From positions 2,839 to 66,838 of the forward strand of contig JBAWXN010000004.1 of the NCBI GenBank assembly GCA_037144045.1: a DNA stretch of 64,000 nucleotides. The letters run 5' to 3'. Source of the stretch: a bacterium. GTDB taxonomy: Bacteria; Patescibacteriota; Minisyncoccia; Phycocordibacterales; UBA1006. The notes under the pieces are model-generated. The model ran no database searches. It had not been told where the DNA came from and saw only the letters and a program-made list of their open reading frames with translations. The position numbers and the translations under genes are program-made. Below are positions 1 through 9,817 of the stretch, one piece after another; within the stretch, counting starts at the first letter, position 1, and each line of letters opens with the position of its first letter.

Positions 1-186
1 GAAGAAAGTGACACTAATAATGTTCCTATTGCGAAAATTATGTTCCGGTACAATACTGATTTCAATTACGGATTCTTGCGGTGTGAATTACTCAACCCGA
101 AAGACACCGTCATCCTGAACAAGGACAGTGCCCAGAACTACATTAGAAAACAATGGGAATTGGTAATGGAAATTTCAAAACATTAA
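1..186 (+). CDS. partial CDS (3' end), hypothetical protein
   Basis: Frame 1 is open from base 1 (EESDTNNVPIAKIMFRY...) to TAA at 184-186; translated by hand. Confidence 0.55.
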   Translation, partial: EESDTNNVPIAKIMFRYNTDFNYGFLRCELLNPKDTVILNKDSAQNYIRKQWELVMEISKH

Positions 187-206
187 ATAACCTTCAATAC
201 ATTCTT

Positions 207-764
207 ATGAACTATGGACGTAGAACAGATAAGATCCTTGCCTTCGAGCTCAATGGACGAAACGTATTTTGCGGCATAGATGCAACGCGAATAATTTTCT
301 CCCCTCAATTACACCTTGATTACTTACCTGAACAGCACTTTGGTGATCATCACGAAATTCAGAGCACTATGATTACCCTTGGGAGCGCAGAAGAACCAAC
401 CGCTGAAGGTATTATTGTTTTAGCAGGTAATCCAAAAGCGTGCACCGTTCTAGGATGGGACGAATTCTTTGCTGTGAGACCTACGATTACCGAACCGAGG
501 AAACGTACCACTTGGGATGCCTCATGGTTTTCACTTGGTGATTCTCTTGAAATTGTTAAGGATGACTGGGAAGAATCTGAATCATCAATGGACCACCTAC
601 TTTCACAGAGGACATTAGGTAGTTCATTTGCTGAAGTATTTTTCACTAATGAATCCATTATTAATCAGTTTACCGAGTTTTTCTCGATAACAGCTGCGGC
701 ACTAGGTGCTAAGAAAGTAATCTTTGAAACCTATCCCGGTGACTCCTTTAAAAAATTCTTTTAA
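207..764 (+). CDS. hypothetical protein
   Basis: ORF 153..764; the ATG at 207 avoids overlap with the upstream ORF; followed by a terminator. Confidence 0.6.
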   Translation: MNYGRRTDKILAFELNGRNVFCGIDATRIIFSPQLHLDYLPEQHFGDHHEIQSTMITLGSAEEPTAEGIIVLAGNPKACTVLGWDEFFAVRPTITEPRKRTTWDASWFSLGDSLEIVKDDWEESESSMDHLLSQRTLGSSFAEVFFTNESIINQFTEFFSITAAALGAKKVIFETYPGDSFKKFF

Positions 765-771
765 TATCGTG

Positions 772-798
772 AGAGGCTGCTATGCAGCCTCTTTTTTT
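772..798 (+). terminator. intrinsic terminator
   Basis: AGAGGCTGC-TAT-GCAGCCTCT followed by a T-tract. Confidence 0.8.
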
Positions 799-840
799 GT
801 TGTCCAAAAGCTATTACACACCCTCACTATTCACCCTCCT

Positions 841-1038
841 CTACGCTATTGTAGAACTGTGACTACTCATGTCTAGTACTGTGCTCCCTGGGTTCCAATA
901 CTTGTTGATATAAAACTGTTCTGAGTCCCACAATCCATTTTCAGCTTTAGCAACATATTTTTGCTGCGCAGCGTCTTCTGAATAAGCGGCAATTATTTGC
1001 TGTTTTAAGGCAACTTCTCGTGATGTGTCTGTATTCAT
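841..1038 (-). pseudogene. truncated class I SAM-dependent methyltransferase remnant
   Basis: ...YINKYWNPGSTVLD leads into SAM motif I but the GxGxG never appears; ORF ends after 65 aa. Confidence 0.5.
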
Positions 1039-1142
1039 ACCATTAGCTTACGCCCATGTTCTTGTGTGTTTAATGGTATATAACAATGATTAGACAAATA
1101 AAAAACCCTATGCACTATGCATAGGGTTTAATAACTTTGAAA

Positions 1143-1556
1143 CTAATCCACATATCCAAGTTCCTCACGAAGCTTAGGATATTCATCGTTCCATTTTTTA
1201 ATTATTTTTTGGGCAAGTTCAGTACAAACTCTTCCTGTGGCGAGTTCCCGTATTTCGCACGTAAGCGGTAACGGTTCGTTCATTCCGAAATAAATTATTG
1301 GGATAACCTTTTTTCCTGATGTCATACTAATAGTTACCATACCCGGTGAACCCAAGAGCTGCTTAAGTGCTTGGTATAACTCTTCGGTAAAATCATCTTC
1401 AGAAATTACTTTTAATACTCCTAGATGACTTATTGACCCATTAATTCCACCACACACCGTACCAGGAACATTGGGAACTGAATAGGTTACTGAATAATAG
1501 TTTTTGGTACCAGGGATTAATCCAAGGATTGTCTTGATAAATTTAGGTATGCGCAT
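1143..1556 (-). CDS. hypothetical protein
   Basis: ORF 1143..1586, probable ATG at 1556; hairpin terminator at about 1101-1129. Confidence 0.6.
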   Translation of the reverse strand: MRIPKFIKTILGLIPGTKNYYSVTYSVPNVPGTVCGGINGSISHLGVLKVISEDDFTEELYQALKQLLGSPGMVTISMTSGKKVIPIIYFGMNEPLPLTCEIRELATGRVCTELAQKIIKKWNDEYPKLREELGYVD

Positions 1557-1609
1557 TGTTACTCTTTTTACTATTATAGCATACAATTTATTTTTGTCAA
1601 AATAAAACC

Positions 1610-2272
1610 TTAACCAGTAGCGTTGGTACTACTAATACCATGACGTGCAAAACGCACGTCTTTCTTGAGGAGTATCTGAGACAAATGAAATATGGTGTAC
1701 GTAATAAATACCGCAGAAGCAACATCAATGCTGTAGTGCAAATGACCAAGAAGTACAATAAGTGCAAACCCAGCAGACCAGCCAATAAATATCCACCGCA
1801 AACTTTTATATTCCCAGAAAATAAATGCCATCAGTAGTGGAAACCCGGTATGACCCGAGAAAAACAAATCTCCTTTAAATGAAAAAATGCTCAATAAATT
1901 AGTTGCAGGAACTGATACCGCATCTGCATAAGGACCAATCTGGGTAAGGTTAATAAATACCGATCGAATTAAAATAAATAATGCTCCTGTTTTTAACGTA
2001 AAGGGTAGCTTTTGAAGGTGCGACATATACACGAACATACTAAATATCCAGAAAACGAGCGATCCGTAAATAAACAAACCCGCAACAGGAACCACAGGAA
2101 TATTACTCAGGAAAACATCACCCACAGCAATTCCTGCATGGTCACTGGCATAGGTTCCTGCAAAATAATTAACAACAAGTGCAATACCAAAAAGAACCAT
2201 CGCCTCGACGAGCGATATAACAAACTCTTTGTTATCAAAAAAACGCATTTGTCTATCAATAAAACTTTTCAT
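1610..2272 (-). CDS. PAP2/sphingomyelin-synthase-like membrane phosphotransferase
   Basis: Multi-TM protein with DLFFSGHT and HLHYSIDV motifs matching the SMS/PAP2_C catalytic motifs. Confidence 0.75.
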   Translation of the reverse strand: MKSFIDRQMRFFDNKEFVISLVEAMVLFGIALVVNYFAGTYASDHAGIAVGDVFLSNIPVVPVAGLFIYGSLVFWIFSMFVYMSHLQKLPFTLKTGALFILIRSVFINLTQIGPYADAVSVPATNLLSIFSFKGDLFFSGHTGFPLLMAFIFWEYKSLRWIFIGWSAGFALIVLLGHLHYSIDVASAVFITYTIFHLSQILLKKDVRFARHGISSTNATG

Positions 2273-2316
2273 ACTACTAGTATACCCTTTTTAAGCTTAA
2301 TGAACTATAAAAAAAC

Positions 2317-2344
2317 TTGACAAGTTAAGGAATAATGATATATT
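2317..2344 (+). promoter_or_regulatory. sigma70-type promoter of the serpin-like gene
   Basis: TTGACA-N16-TATATT with TG extension. Confidence 0.6.
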
Positions 2345-2376
2345 ACTAATCACTATTTGTTCATCAAAATCTCGTT

Positions 2377-3216
2377 ATGAAAAACAACATTAGCCACACC
2401 GTGGCCTTTTTTCCCATTCTTCAAGCGCTGCGCGAACTCAATGCGGCAGGTGTTGCTGATTCGTTTATTGGTAACACTCCGGAACATGATTCCCTCCTAA
2501 GTATGCTTCCTTTAATAGACGGCTTCCGCCCATTTCCTGAGGAACAACTGAAGACATTTATTGCTAAGGATGTTGAACGTATTAACGCCTTTCTTAAATC
2601 ACGTGTTTTCGATATTCAACTAAGCGCTCCACTCGATTTAGGTATTGTGGTAATTATGGATTTACTCGGCACCTGGATGAAACCAGGTAATGAAGCAACC
2701 ATTACTCGCAACAATCAACCCTACCCTGCGGTACGCTTAGAAGATTGTACTGTTTTACAGACTTCTGATCATGGTCAAATAATTCGTATTGAGACCAAAG
2801 AAGGTTTTACGGTACACATCCAACCTCATGCAGAAGAACGCTCAGGTAATTTATTATTTGAGCATATTATTAAAGTACAAAGCGCTAATACCACTAACAA
2901 TGAATCATGCACCGTTACCGTTCCGTTAGTACTCATGAACGAACAGCCTGATGTATCTTGGGTGGCAGGAATACAAACTGTTGGTTCTGATCCGCTTACG
3001 ATTACCCAAGTGCTGCAACAAAATAAACTTGCACTCACTACTAACGGTATCCGTGCCCAAAGTGCTGTTGCAATGGCACTACGTAAAGGAATCAGTATGG
3101 ATAAGCGGATTATCATTAATGAGCCTTTCAATTTGTGGATTACCCACAAAAACCAAGTACTTCCCTTGTTCGGTGCTTATATTGCACCTGATACCTGGAA
3201 AAATCCTGAAGCGTAA
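2377..3216 (+). CDS. divergent short serpin-like protein
   Basis: DLLGTWMKPG resembles YFKGxWxxPF; NKLALTTNGIRAQSA resembles the hinge; IIINEPFNLWI...PLFGAYI resembles FxADRPFLFxI...LFxGxV. Confidence 0.6.
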   Translation: MKNNISHTVAFFPILQALRELNAAGVADSFIGNTPEHDSLLSMLPLIDGFRPFPEEQLKTFIAKDVERINAFLKSRVFDIQLSAPLDLGIVVIMDLLGTWMKPGNEATITRNNQPYPAVRLEDCTVLQTSDHGQIIRIETKEGFTVHIQPHAEERSGNLLFEHIIKVQSANTTNNESCTVTVPLVLMNEQPDVSWVAGIQTVGSDPLTITQVLQQNKLALTTNGIRAQSAVAMALRKGISMDKRIIINEPFNLWITHKNQVLPLFGAYIAPDTWKNPEA

Positions 3217-3239
3217 TCATTCATAACACATTACTTATT

Positions 3240-3267
3240 TCCCAGCTATCACGGCTGGGATTTTTTT
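3240..3267 (+). terminator. intrinsic terminator
   Basis: TCCCAGC...GCTGGGA plus T7; an opposing terminator for the PhoH gene lies immediately downstream. Confidence 0.75.
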
Positions 3268-3314
3268 ATAAAAAAAATCCGCTCAATGAGCGGATTGTTT
3301 AGGTTATTAAATTG

Positions 3315-4664
3315 TTATTTCATAAGCGCAGCATGACGGGAAACTGATCCACGTTCATTTGCTTTTAAGGTAATGTGTGCAGCTTCAGGGAAATCTATGA
3401 ATAACTTGATTGCTTTAGCCATACCATTTGAACGAGCGTCCAGGTACGCATCATCAATCTGTTTATTATCACCCATCACCGCGACTTTAGAATTGTCGGA
3501 AACACGAGTCAACAACATTTTCATTGCATGGGTTGTTGTATTTTGCGCCTCATCAATGATAAAGAATACACGATCAAGGGTTTTACCCCTCATTAAGTCA
3601 AAAGGAATTGCTTCGATTTTTTCTTTTAAGATGTCTTCGAACTCCTTAAACTTTTTCTTATCTTTTGCGAAGTATGGCGCTGCAAGGCGCTTAATGGCGG
3701 CAATATTATCATAGACACCACCCATGTACGGTGATATTTTTTGACTCGCATCGCCAGGCAATGCGCCAAGCCCTTCACCATCAACAGCGGTCATTGCGCG
3801 AGTAATGATGATCTTGTCATACTTACCGTCAATAATCCCCATGATACCTGCAAGAATTGATAAGAACGTCTTGCCACAACCTGCTTCGCCTTGCAAGGAA
3901 ACAAATTTAATTTCAGGATTGAATAAAGCCCAAGCAGCGGCAACCTGTTCGATATTCCTTGTTGAAATACCGAGGCGATTCTGCTTTAGCATTTCAATAC
4001 GCTCAAAACTAAATTCCTTAGCTTTTCTGCGTAATACCCATACTCCATCCTTGTCGCCTTCAACAATAAAAAACCTGTTAGCAACTTTCTGGTCTGGGTT
4101 CAGTAGTGGGATTGCTGGTTTAGTAGCAACCACTTCATCGCCCTGATAGCATGGAGCAATATCACGTTCATAATATTCAGTATCAATATTCATTGCTGCA
4201 GCCTGCAAACGCAGTGACTTGTCCTTAGTTACTAAAAAGACCTTTTTATATATTGAACGCATCTTCAAACACGTTGCAATAATTTGAGTTCCTGTGGTCT
4301 TACCATCGGGGTGCGTAGTAAACACTTTAGAGGTTTGCTCTACCATATCCACATGCAGCATATGATCAGTACCAGGAATATTAATGCCACCATTGAAACG
4401 CGGGTGCATTCCAAGGAGTTCAGTAATTTTTTCAAGTACCTCACCAGCTATGTGTTGGATGGCAGGCCTCCGACCGTTACCCTGTAAACGACCCAGTTCA
4501 GCAAGCACTCCAATAGGAAGCCTTACATCCGATCGTTTACCCAATTCACTGATAGCATCAGGATCATCAATAAGAAGGCTTGTGTCAATAACACGGCATT
4601 CTTTTTTCTTGGCTTGGGATTTTCTAGAATTACTAGAAACACTTTCTTTTTCTTTAGCGCTCAA
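3315..4664 (-). CDS. PIN-domain PhoH family ATPase (PhoH2-like)
   Basis: N-terminal PIN (VIDTSLL...VTKD), Walker A GEAGCGKT, MRGKTL, IIDEAQN, MGDNKQID. Confidence 0.9.
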   Translation of the reverse strand: MSAKEKESVSSNSRKSQAKKKECRVIDTSLLIDDPDAISELGKRSDVRLPIGVLAELGRLQGNGRRPAIQHIAGEVLEKITELLGMHPRFNGGINIPGTDHMLHVDMVEQTSKVFTTHPDGKTTGTQIIATCLKMRSIYKKVFLVTKDKSLRLQAAAMNIDTEYYERDIAPCYQGDEVVATKPAIPLLNPDQKVANRFFIVEGDKDGVWVLRRKAKEFSFERIEMLKQNRLGISTRNIEQVAAAWALFNPEIKFVSLQGEAGCGKTFLSILAGIMGIIDGKYDKIIITRAMTAVDGEGLGALPGDASQKISPYMGGVYDNIAAIKRLAAPYFAKDKKKFKEFEDILKEKIEAIPFDLMRGKTLDRVFFIIDEAQNTTTHAMKMLLTRVSDNSKVAVMGDNKQIDDAYLDARSNGMAKAIKLFIDFPEAAHITLKANERGSVSRHAALMK

Positions 4665-4789
4665 AGTATTAAATTTAAAAGGTTACGAAATACACTCAAC
4701 CAACAACGGTCTTACCTGTAGTAATATCATTTTTTGCCTTTGAGTGCAAGATACTAAAAAAAGCCCCGAAGGGGCTCTGATTATTAATT

Positions 4790-5371
4790 TCAATTACTAT
4801 ACACCAGGGAGTTTTTTTGGGTTGGTAATTCAGGAGTCTTGGTGAACAATGCTCCAAAATCAGAAACCTTACATACTTTAAACTCATAAGCACTCATGTG
4901 AATAAATTCATCTGAATCATGTTCGGTGATAAACACTAACAGATTACTCAACAATTCCTGCTTTTGGTCTGAAAGGATCAGAGCTGTGATAACTTGAATA
5001 GCTATCAGGTTTTCTACCTCATGATCTTGATAGTCATTATACGGCAACCTGAAGACTTCATCGAAAAGCAGGGTGCTTTGTGGAACCACTTGATCATTGC
5101 CTTGGTAAATAACGGTAAGGTTAAGATTGTCTTGTAAGTCTACTAACGATGGCAGCCACTGCTCAACGAGTTGATGTTGAGCCATTTTTTTTCGATTCCC
5201 TATTTCATGCGAATACGTTTCAGCAATTACTTTTTTACCATTATTACTTTCCAAAAATTGATTGATATAATACCGAGCATCAATGCGCAGCTGAAGCCTG
5301 CGGATAAAACGAAGAATTCCTATCATGGCTAGGTTTTTTGAAATACTACCAAATAGCATCACTTTGGTCAA
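4790..5371 (-). CDS. hypothetical protein (start uncertain)
   Basis: 193-aa ORF followed by hairpin AGCCCCGAAGGGGCT. Confidence 0.5.
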   Translation of the reverse strand: MTKVMLFGSISKNLAMIGILRFIRRLQLRIDARYYINQFLESNNGKKVIAETYSHEIGNRKKMAQHQLVEQWLPSLVDLQDNLNLTVIYQGNDQVVPQSTLLFDEVFRLPYNDYQDHEVENLIAIQVITALILSDQKQELLSNLLVFITEHDSDEFIHMSAYEFKVCKVSDFGALFTKTPELPTQKNSLVYSN

Positions 5372-5456
5372 CGCACTACCCTAGATTGTTTATTGAGCTT
5401 TTCTTGACCATAGACATGTACACTATGGATAAATTCTTCATTTAAAACAACATATC

Positions 5457-6914
5457 ATGAAAAAAATCTTACTCTGTATTATCGCAGTCATGCATTTAGT
5501 TAATCTATCAGGACAACTACTTGTGATTAATGGTCCATTAATTATTTCTCATGATACTCTATTTGTTCACGGAACAATTAGAGTATCACCACTTGGGTAT
5601 TACCAAAATAATTCAGGAGTATGCTTGAATACTGATAGCATTGTTAACAATGGTATTTTTATATCACTGGGAACGCAAATCACCTCAGGTAGTTCTCATC
5701 AAACCATTTCCGGTAATTTTTTTGGAATAAACTATCTAGGGAGGCTCATTAAAAACAACCAAGGAATCCTCGCTGTTTCGCAAAATGCACGCGCTCAATC
5801 CTTAGACGTTAAAACTGATGGAAATATCGCTATTGCCGATAATCAAACTCTTTTAATTGATAACACATTCGTTAACAGTATCACGGGTTGTACTTCAGCT
5901 AGATATATTAGTTTAGGTAGCTCAAGTACTCTTAAGCGGTTTGTGTCAGACACGTCATTGAATAGTTCTTATCTATTCCCTATTGGTAATACGGTCACTG
6001 GCTATGCGCCACTATCGATCAAACTTAACTCACTTGGCAGCACCGGACCCAACTCTATCACCGCAGCACTTCACCTTGATTCTGTGAGCTCGGTTTCATT
6101 TTCCAAACCTCTTCCTTTGTGTTCATTAAGTCAATCTCAATATTTACATGTGAACTGTATAGAAAAATTTCATTGGCTATTAACCGGACCAAGTGATTAC
6201 AAGTATTCACTAGAAACATCAAAGGTACCTCTGTGTGGGTTATCACCCCATCGTATTATTACCACAACACCAGGAAATAATAACTGGAATACCACTATTG
6301 AAAACACTGCAGGAGTGGTAGTCGAAGATTTATGTAACTTTACCCAATGGGATGATAATCAATCATTTGTTTCTGGTGGCACTTATCAAGGACTTACCGT
6401 GTGCGCAACTATTGCCAGTAATATCGGAACGCTGTTACCTGTTACATTAGTTTCTTTTACTGCACATCCTATTAATAACCAATCAATCCAACTTAATTGG
6501 ATTACTGCTTCTGAATTAAATAATGATAAATTTCTTGTAACTCGTAGCGATAATGGCTATTCTTTTGAACCAATTGGTGAAATATTAGGAAATGGAACTA
6601 GTACTCAAACACATTCTTATACCTACCTTGATACCAACGTACTAATAAATCAAACTTATTATTATCAACTGATTCAAACTGATTATGACAGTCATACTGA
6701 AAAATCAATTATCGTCTCTGCACAGATAGCGGGAACTACAATCCCTATCACCGTAACCATTACTAACCTTATCGGTCAAATAGTCACCGAGTACGAAATA
6801 CCTTATTATGCCGACCCATTCCAAAATCTGAGAGTACCCCACCAATCTACGCTTTACGTGGTAACTGGAACACAGGGAACCATTCGTTCCACAAGGCGCG
6901 TATTCATACCTTGA
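5457..6914 (+). CDS. secreted protein resembling Bacteroidota T9SS cargo (LPVxLxxF Ig/Fn3-like module plus degenerate CTD)
   Basis: Signal peptide; LPVTLVSFTA...LNWITASELNNDKFLVTRS...YYYQLIQTDYD; tail ITNLIGQIV...LYVV...TRRVFI. Confidence 0.7.
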   Translation: MKKILLCIIAVMHLVNLSGQLLVINGPLIISHDTLFVHGTIRVSPLGYYQNNSGVCLNTDSIVNNGIFISLGTQITSGSSHQTISGNFFGINYLGRLIKNNQGILAVSQNARAQSLDVKTDGNIAIADNQTLLIDNTFVNSITGCTSARYISLGSSSTLKRFVSDTSLNSSYLFPIGNTVTGYAPLSIKLNSLGSTGPNSITAALHLDSVSSVSFSKPLPLCSLSQSQYLHVNCIEKFHWLLTGPSDYKYSLETSKVPLCGLSPHRIITTTPGNNNWNTTIENTAGVVVEDLCNFTQWDDNQSFVSGGTYQGLTVCATIASNIGTLLPVTLVSFTAHPINNQSIQLNWITASELNNDKFLVTRSDNGYSFEPIGEILGNGTSTQTHSYTYLDTNVLINQTYYYQLIQTDYDSHTEKSIIVSAQIAGTTIPITVTITNLIGQIVTEYEIPYYADPFQNLRVPHQSTLYVVTGTQGTIRSTRRVFIP

Positions 6915-6995
6915 ATTACTATACCAATGGTTGACTAATTAATAATTTGTGATATATTTTATTCGACAACATTCTTTAATTTTTAACCAGTGTAT

Positions 6996-7715
6996 ATGGA
7001 AAACAGAACGATTCTCCTCGTTGAGGACGGTGAACCAATTATTAGAATATGGATGGAACTCTTTAAAGAGATTCCTTACATTGTTCCCGTGTTTGTAAAA
7101 ACAATTACAGATGCGCGTGAGGCTCTTAAAAAAATCCAATTCGATGCTATTTTTCTTGACGGCACCCTTGATGCCAAAGAAAAATTTTCTCCAGAACCTG
7201 AAACCTTACCACTATTTTTGGAAATATGGAAACAATATACCGGTAAAATATTTTCTATAACCGATAATAATGGTTATATAGAAATTATGAAAGGATATGG
7301 TATTAATCACGTCTTAAAAGAAGACGTGCCTGATTTCGCAGCAGTTTTGTTTAAGGAAACTCCACTAAGTCTTGTTCCACGTACGAGTTTTTATGAAATT
7401 AAACCAGGAGCACTCCTCGTGGTACAACTCATGAAAAACGAAATTCTTACGCACCATAAAACCTACATTGCGGAGATTGTCTCTACTGGTCCACTCTTAT
7501 TAAAAATTTACGAAGGAATTACTCCTTTCAAACCAGGAAGCTATCGCATTTTGGAAACTGCATCACGCCTTATTCAGGGTACTCTTGTTGAACAAAATGC
7601 GCTTTGTAGGGATTACGCACGTAGTGAGCAAGGCCCCCTCCAATCAGGAATTAGCCTTTTCGGAGGAAAATTAGGAGACGTACTTTCTTTTCCTAATCTA
7701 ACAGAAGCTGTATAA
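6996..7715 (+). CDS. response-regulator receiver-like domain protein with unknown C-terminus
   Basis: TILLVED...FDAIFLDG receiver signature. Confidence 0.6.
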   Translation: MENRTILLVEDGEPIIRIWMELFKEIPYIVPVFVKTITDAREALKKIQFDAIFLDGTLDAKEKFSPEPETLPLFLEIWKQYTGKIFSITDNNGYIEIMKGYGINHVLKEDVPDFAAVLFKETPLSLVPRTSFYEIKPGALLVVQLMKNEILTHHKTYIAEIVSTGPLLLKIYEGITPFKPGSYRILETASRLIQGTLVEQNALCRDYARSEQGPLQSGISLFGGKLGDVLSFPNLTEAV

Positions 7716-7761
7716 GCTCTCACTGATTTACCCTATCAAAAACCCTAGGCATGCCTAGGGT

Positions 7762-9006
7762 TTATTTTTGTAAAAATTTTTTTGCGCGTACTTGTTTATG
7801 AAATGTAATTGCAAAACGATGTGCTTCACTATTAGCAAGAAGAATATCGCGTTTATATTTTTTGATGATTACCTCATCACCATGAATTGCTTTTGGTTTG
7901 TGGCGCTCATCTTTAATGACAGCAACAATCGTCGTTGCAACATTCATTTCTTTAACGACTTCTTGAGCAATACCATACTGCCCAAGCCCACCATCAATTA
8001 CCACGACGTAAGGGTTCTGCCATTCTGGATGGTTAAATCTGCGAGTAAGCATTTCTCGGAGGTTGCCGTAATCATCATTACCCTTTCCTGATTTAATAGT
8101 AAATTTTTTATATTCTGACTTATCTACCTGACCATCAGTAATCACCGTCATGACCCCAACAGTACTGGTTCCACCATGATGTGCAATGTCATAGGCCTCA
8201 ATGCGCGTGCCCTTGCTTGATATATCGTGTCGATCATCTTTAATAAGTGCGACATCATTAATATGATTCAGCGCAAATATTTTTCGCTTAATAATTTCCG
8301 CAGCCTCAAATGCTAAATGCTTTGCATGGGTATGCATAGCGCGTTCAAGGTCTTTAATAATTTTAGTCTTTTTTCCTTCAAAAAATAATTTAATATTGGT
8401 AATATTTTTTAGATATTCAGCACGTGCAGCACTATCAGATGTATCTGGCGACAATCCTAACTGCTTATAGAAGCGTTCATTTTCAGGGCTGTCCGCACGA
8501 AAATCACGAAACGGAAAAATGCCACGAATTATTTTAAGCGCATCACGCAGTGAACCACCATTCGGATATGGTCCAAAGGTATATTTAATTTTTCCATTGA
8601 AGTTAATACGCGAAATTCGCCCAGTGATTTCCATAACTTTTAAATCACGTGAACGTACAATCATTACTCGTGGCCACAATTCGTCACTGATAATCACTTG
8701 GCAAAAACTCTTATTGTCTTTTTCTTTAACGTTATACTTAGGTTGATATTTTTTAATAAGATTAGCTTCAAGGATGAGCGCTTCAAGCACTGAATCCGTT
8801 TGCTGGTATTCAACCGTAGTAGCCTGTACCGTCATGTCTAAAATACTCGGCCCGCGAGTATCGATAATATCTTTTGAAAAATAACTCCGCACGCGATCGC
8901 GCAGACTAGTTGCTTTTCCAATATACAGAATTTCTTTACCTTTTTTCCAGAAATAGACCCCTGGAGTATCTGGTAATTGTAATCGTACCAAATCTTGACT
9001 TTTCAT
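7762..9006 (-). CDS. uvrC: excinuclease ABC subunit C-like (short; GIY-YIG, UVR and RNase H-like domains)
   Basis: PGVYFWK..ILYIGKA, LEANLIKKYQPKYN, RIEAYDIAH, IDGGLGQ, EAHRFAITFH; no C-terminal HhH. Confidence 0.9.
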   Translation of the reverse strand: MKSQDLVRLQLPDTPGVYFWKKGKEILYIGKATSLRDRVRSYFSKDIIDTRGPSILDMTVQATTVEYQQTDSVLEALILEANLIKKYQPKYNVKEKDNKSFCQVIISDELWPRVMIVRSRDLKVMEITGRISRINFNGKIKYTFGPYPNGGSLRDALKIIRGIFPFRDFRADSPENERFYKQLGLSPDTSDSAARAEYLKNITNIKLFFEGKKTKIIKDLERAMHTHAKHLAFEAAEIIKRKIFALNHINDVALIKDDRHDISSKGTRIEAYDIAHHGGTSTVGVMTVITDGQVDKSEYKKFTIKSGKGNDDYGNLREMLTRRFNHPEWQNPYVVVIDGGLGQYGIAQEVVKEMNVATTIVAVIKDERHKPKAIHGDEVIIKKYKRDILLANSEAHRFAITFHKQVRAKKFLQK

Positions 9007-9048
9007 ATAAATATGCTATAGTATATCAGAACAAAAACAAAAAACAAG

Positions 9049-9792
9049 ATGCCGCATATAGAAATCTCTTACTCAATTATTTTAGTTATTTGGGCAAGTT
9101 ATGTACTTAGTGGCCTAGTTAAGCTCGCTAAGCTCTACTTTGAAAAGAAGGCTACTATTGCCCCAATAGCTTCCTTATCTGGAAGACATCGCTCCGCTGG
9201 CTTATTACTACGAGTTCTTGCAAAAAAGTATCAATTCAATGCTATTTTTATCGGAAGAAAAGAAGCTGCTTATCAAGAAGCAACTGCATACTTTACCTAT
9301 TCTGAAAATAGCGTATCACTTCTTGGAGATTATTATAAGAATATGGACGCGCAAAAAACATTTATTGTGTTCCATGAATTTGGACACGTACTTTTTCAAC
9401 ACTACCTATGGAGACTTATTGAAGATCCATGCAGATCCTGGTTTACTTTTATTACTCAGGACGGTAGTAATAAATTTTTCTTTTTATTTTTTATTAACGC
9501 AGGTTCGTTTGGGATGCCGCTTATATCAATACTGTCATTACTTACTTTTATAAACATCCCTATCCTTATTGTTTTTATCGACGAGATCATAGCATCTACG
9601 TTGGGAACCATTGCTATGTATCGCCACTGCAATCTTTCAAGGAAGCAACTGTTTGCAAGTAGTGCGTTTTATACTTTTGCACTCTCAACCTATGTTGAAT
9701 CACTAAATAAAGTATACCAAACTGGATTTGTACTCTACTTCGCTACCATACTCTTTAAACAAGTATTACAGCAACTTAATTTATTTACATAA
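9049..9792 (+). CDS. membrane zinc metallopeptidase (YugP/Zn_peptidase_2-like)
   Basis: HEFGH motif, DEIIAS third-ligand segment, ALSTYV, several TM helices. Confidence 0.55.
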   Translation: MPHIEISYSIILVIWASYVLSGLVKLAKLYFEKKATIAPIASLSGRHRSAGLLLRVLAKKYQFNAIFIGRKEAAYQEATAYFTYSENSVSLLGDYYKNMDAQKTFIVFHEFGHVLFQHYLWRLIEDPCRSWFTFITQDGSNKFFFLFFINAGSFGMPLISILSLLTFINIPILIVFIDEIIASTLGTIAMYRHCNLSRKQLFASSAFYTFALSTYVESLNKVYQTGFVLYFATILFKQVLQQLNLFT

Positions 9793-9817
9793 ATGCCACC
9801 TATAAAGGTGGCATTTT

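Noticed and set aside
1-7715. Prophage suggested by PhoH and orphan ORFs
   Set aside because: Mixed orientations, individual terminators and no structural or packaging genes; the PhoH is the cellular PIN-PhoH type
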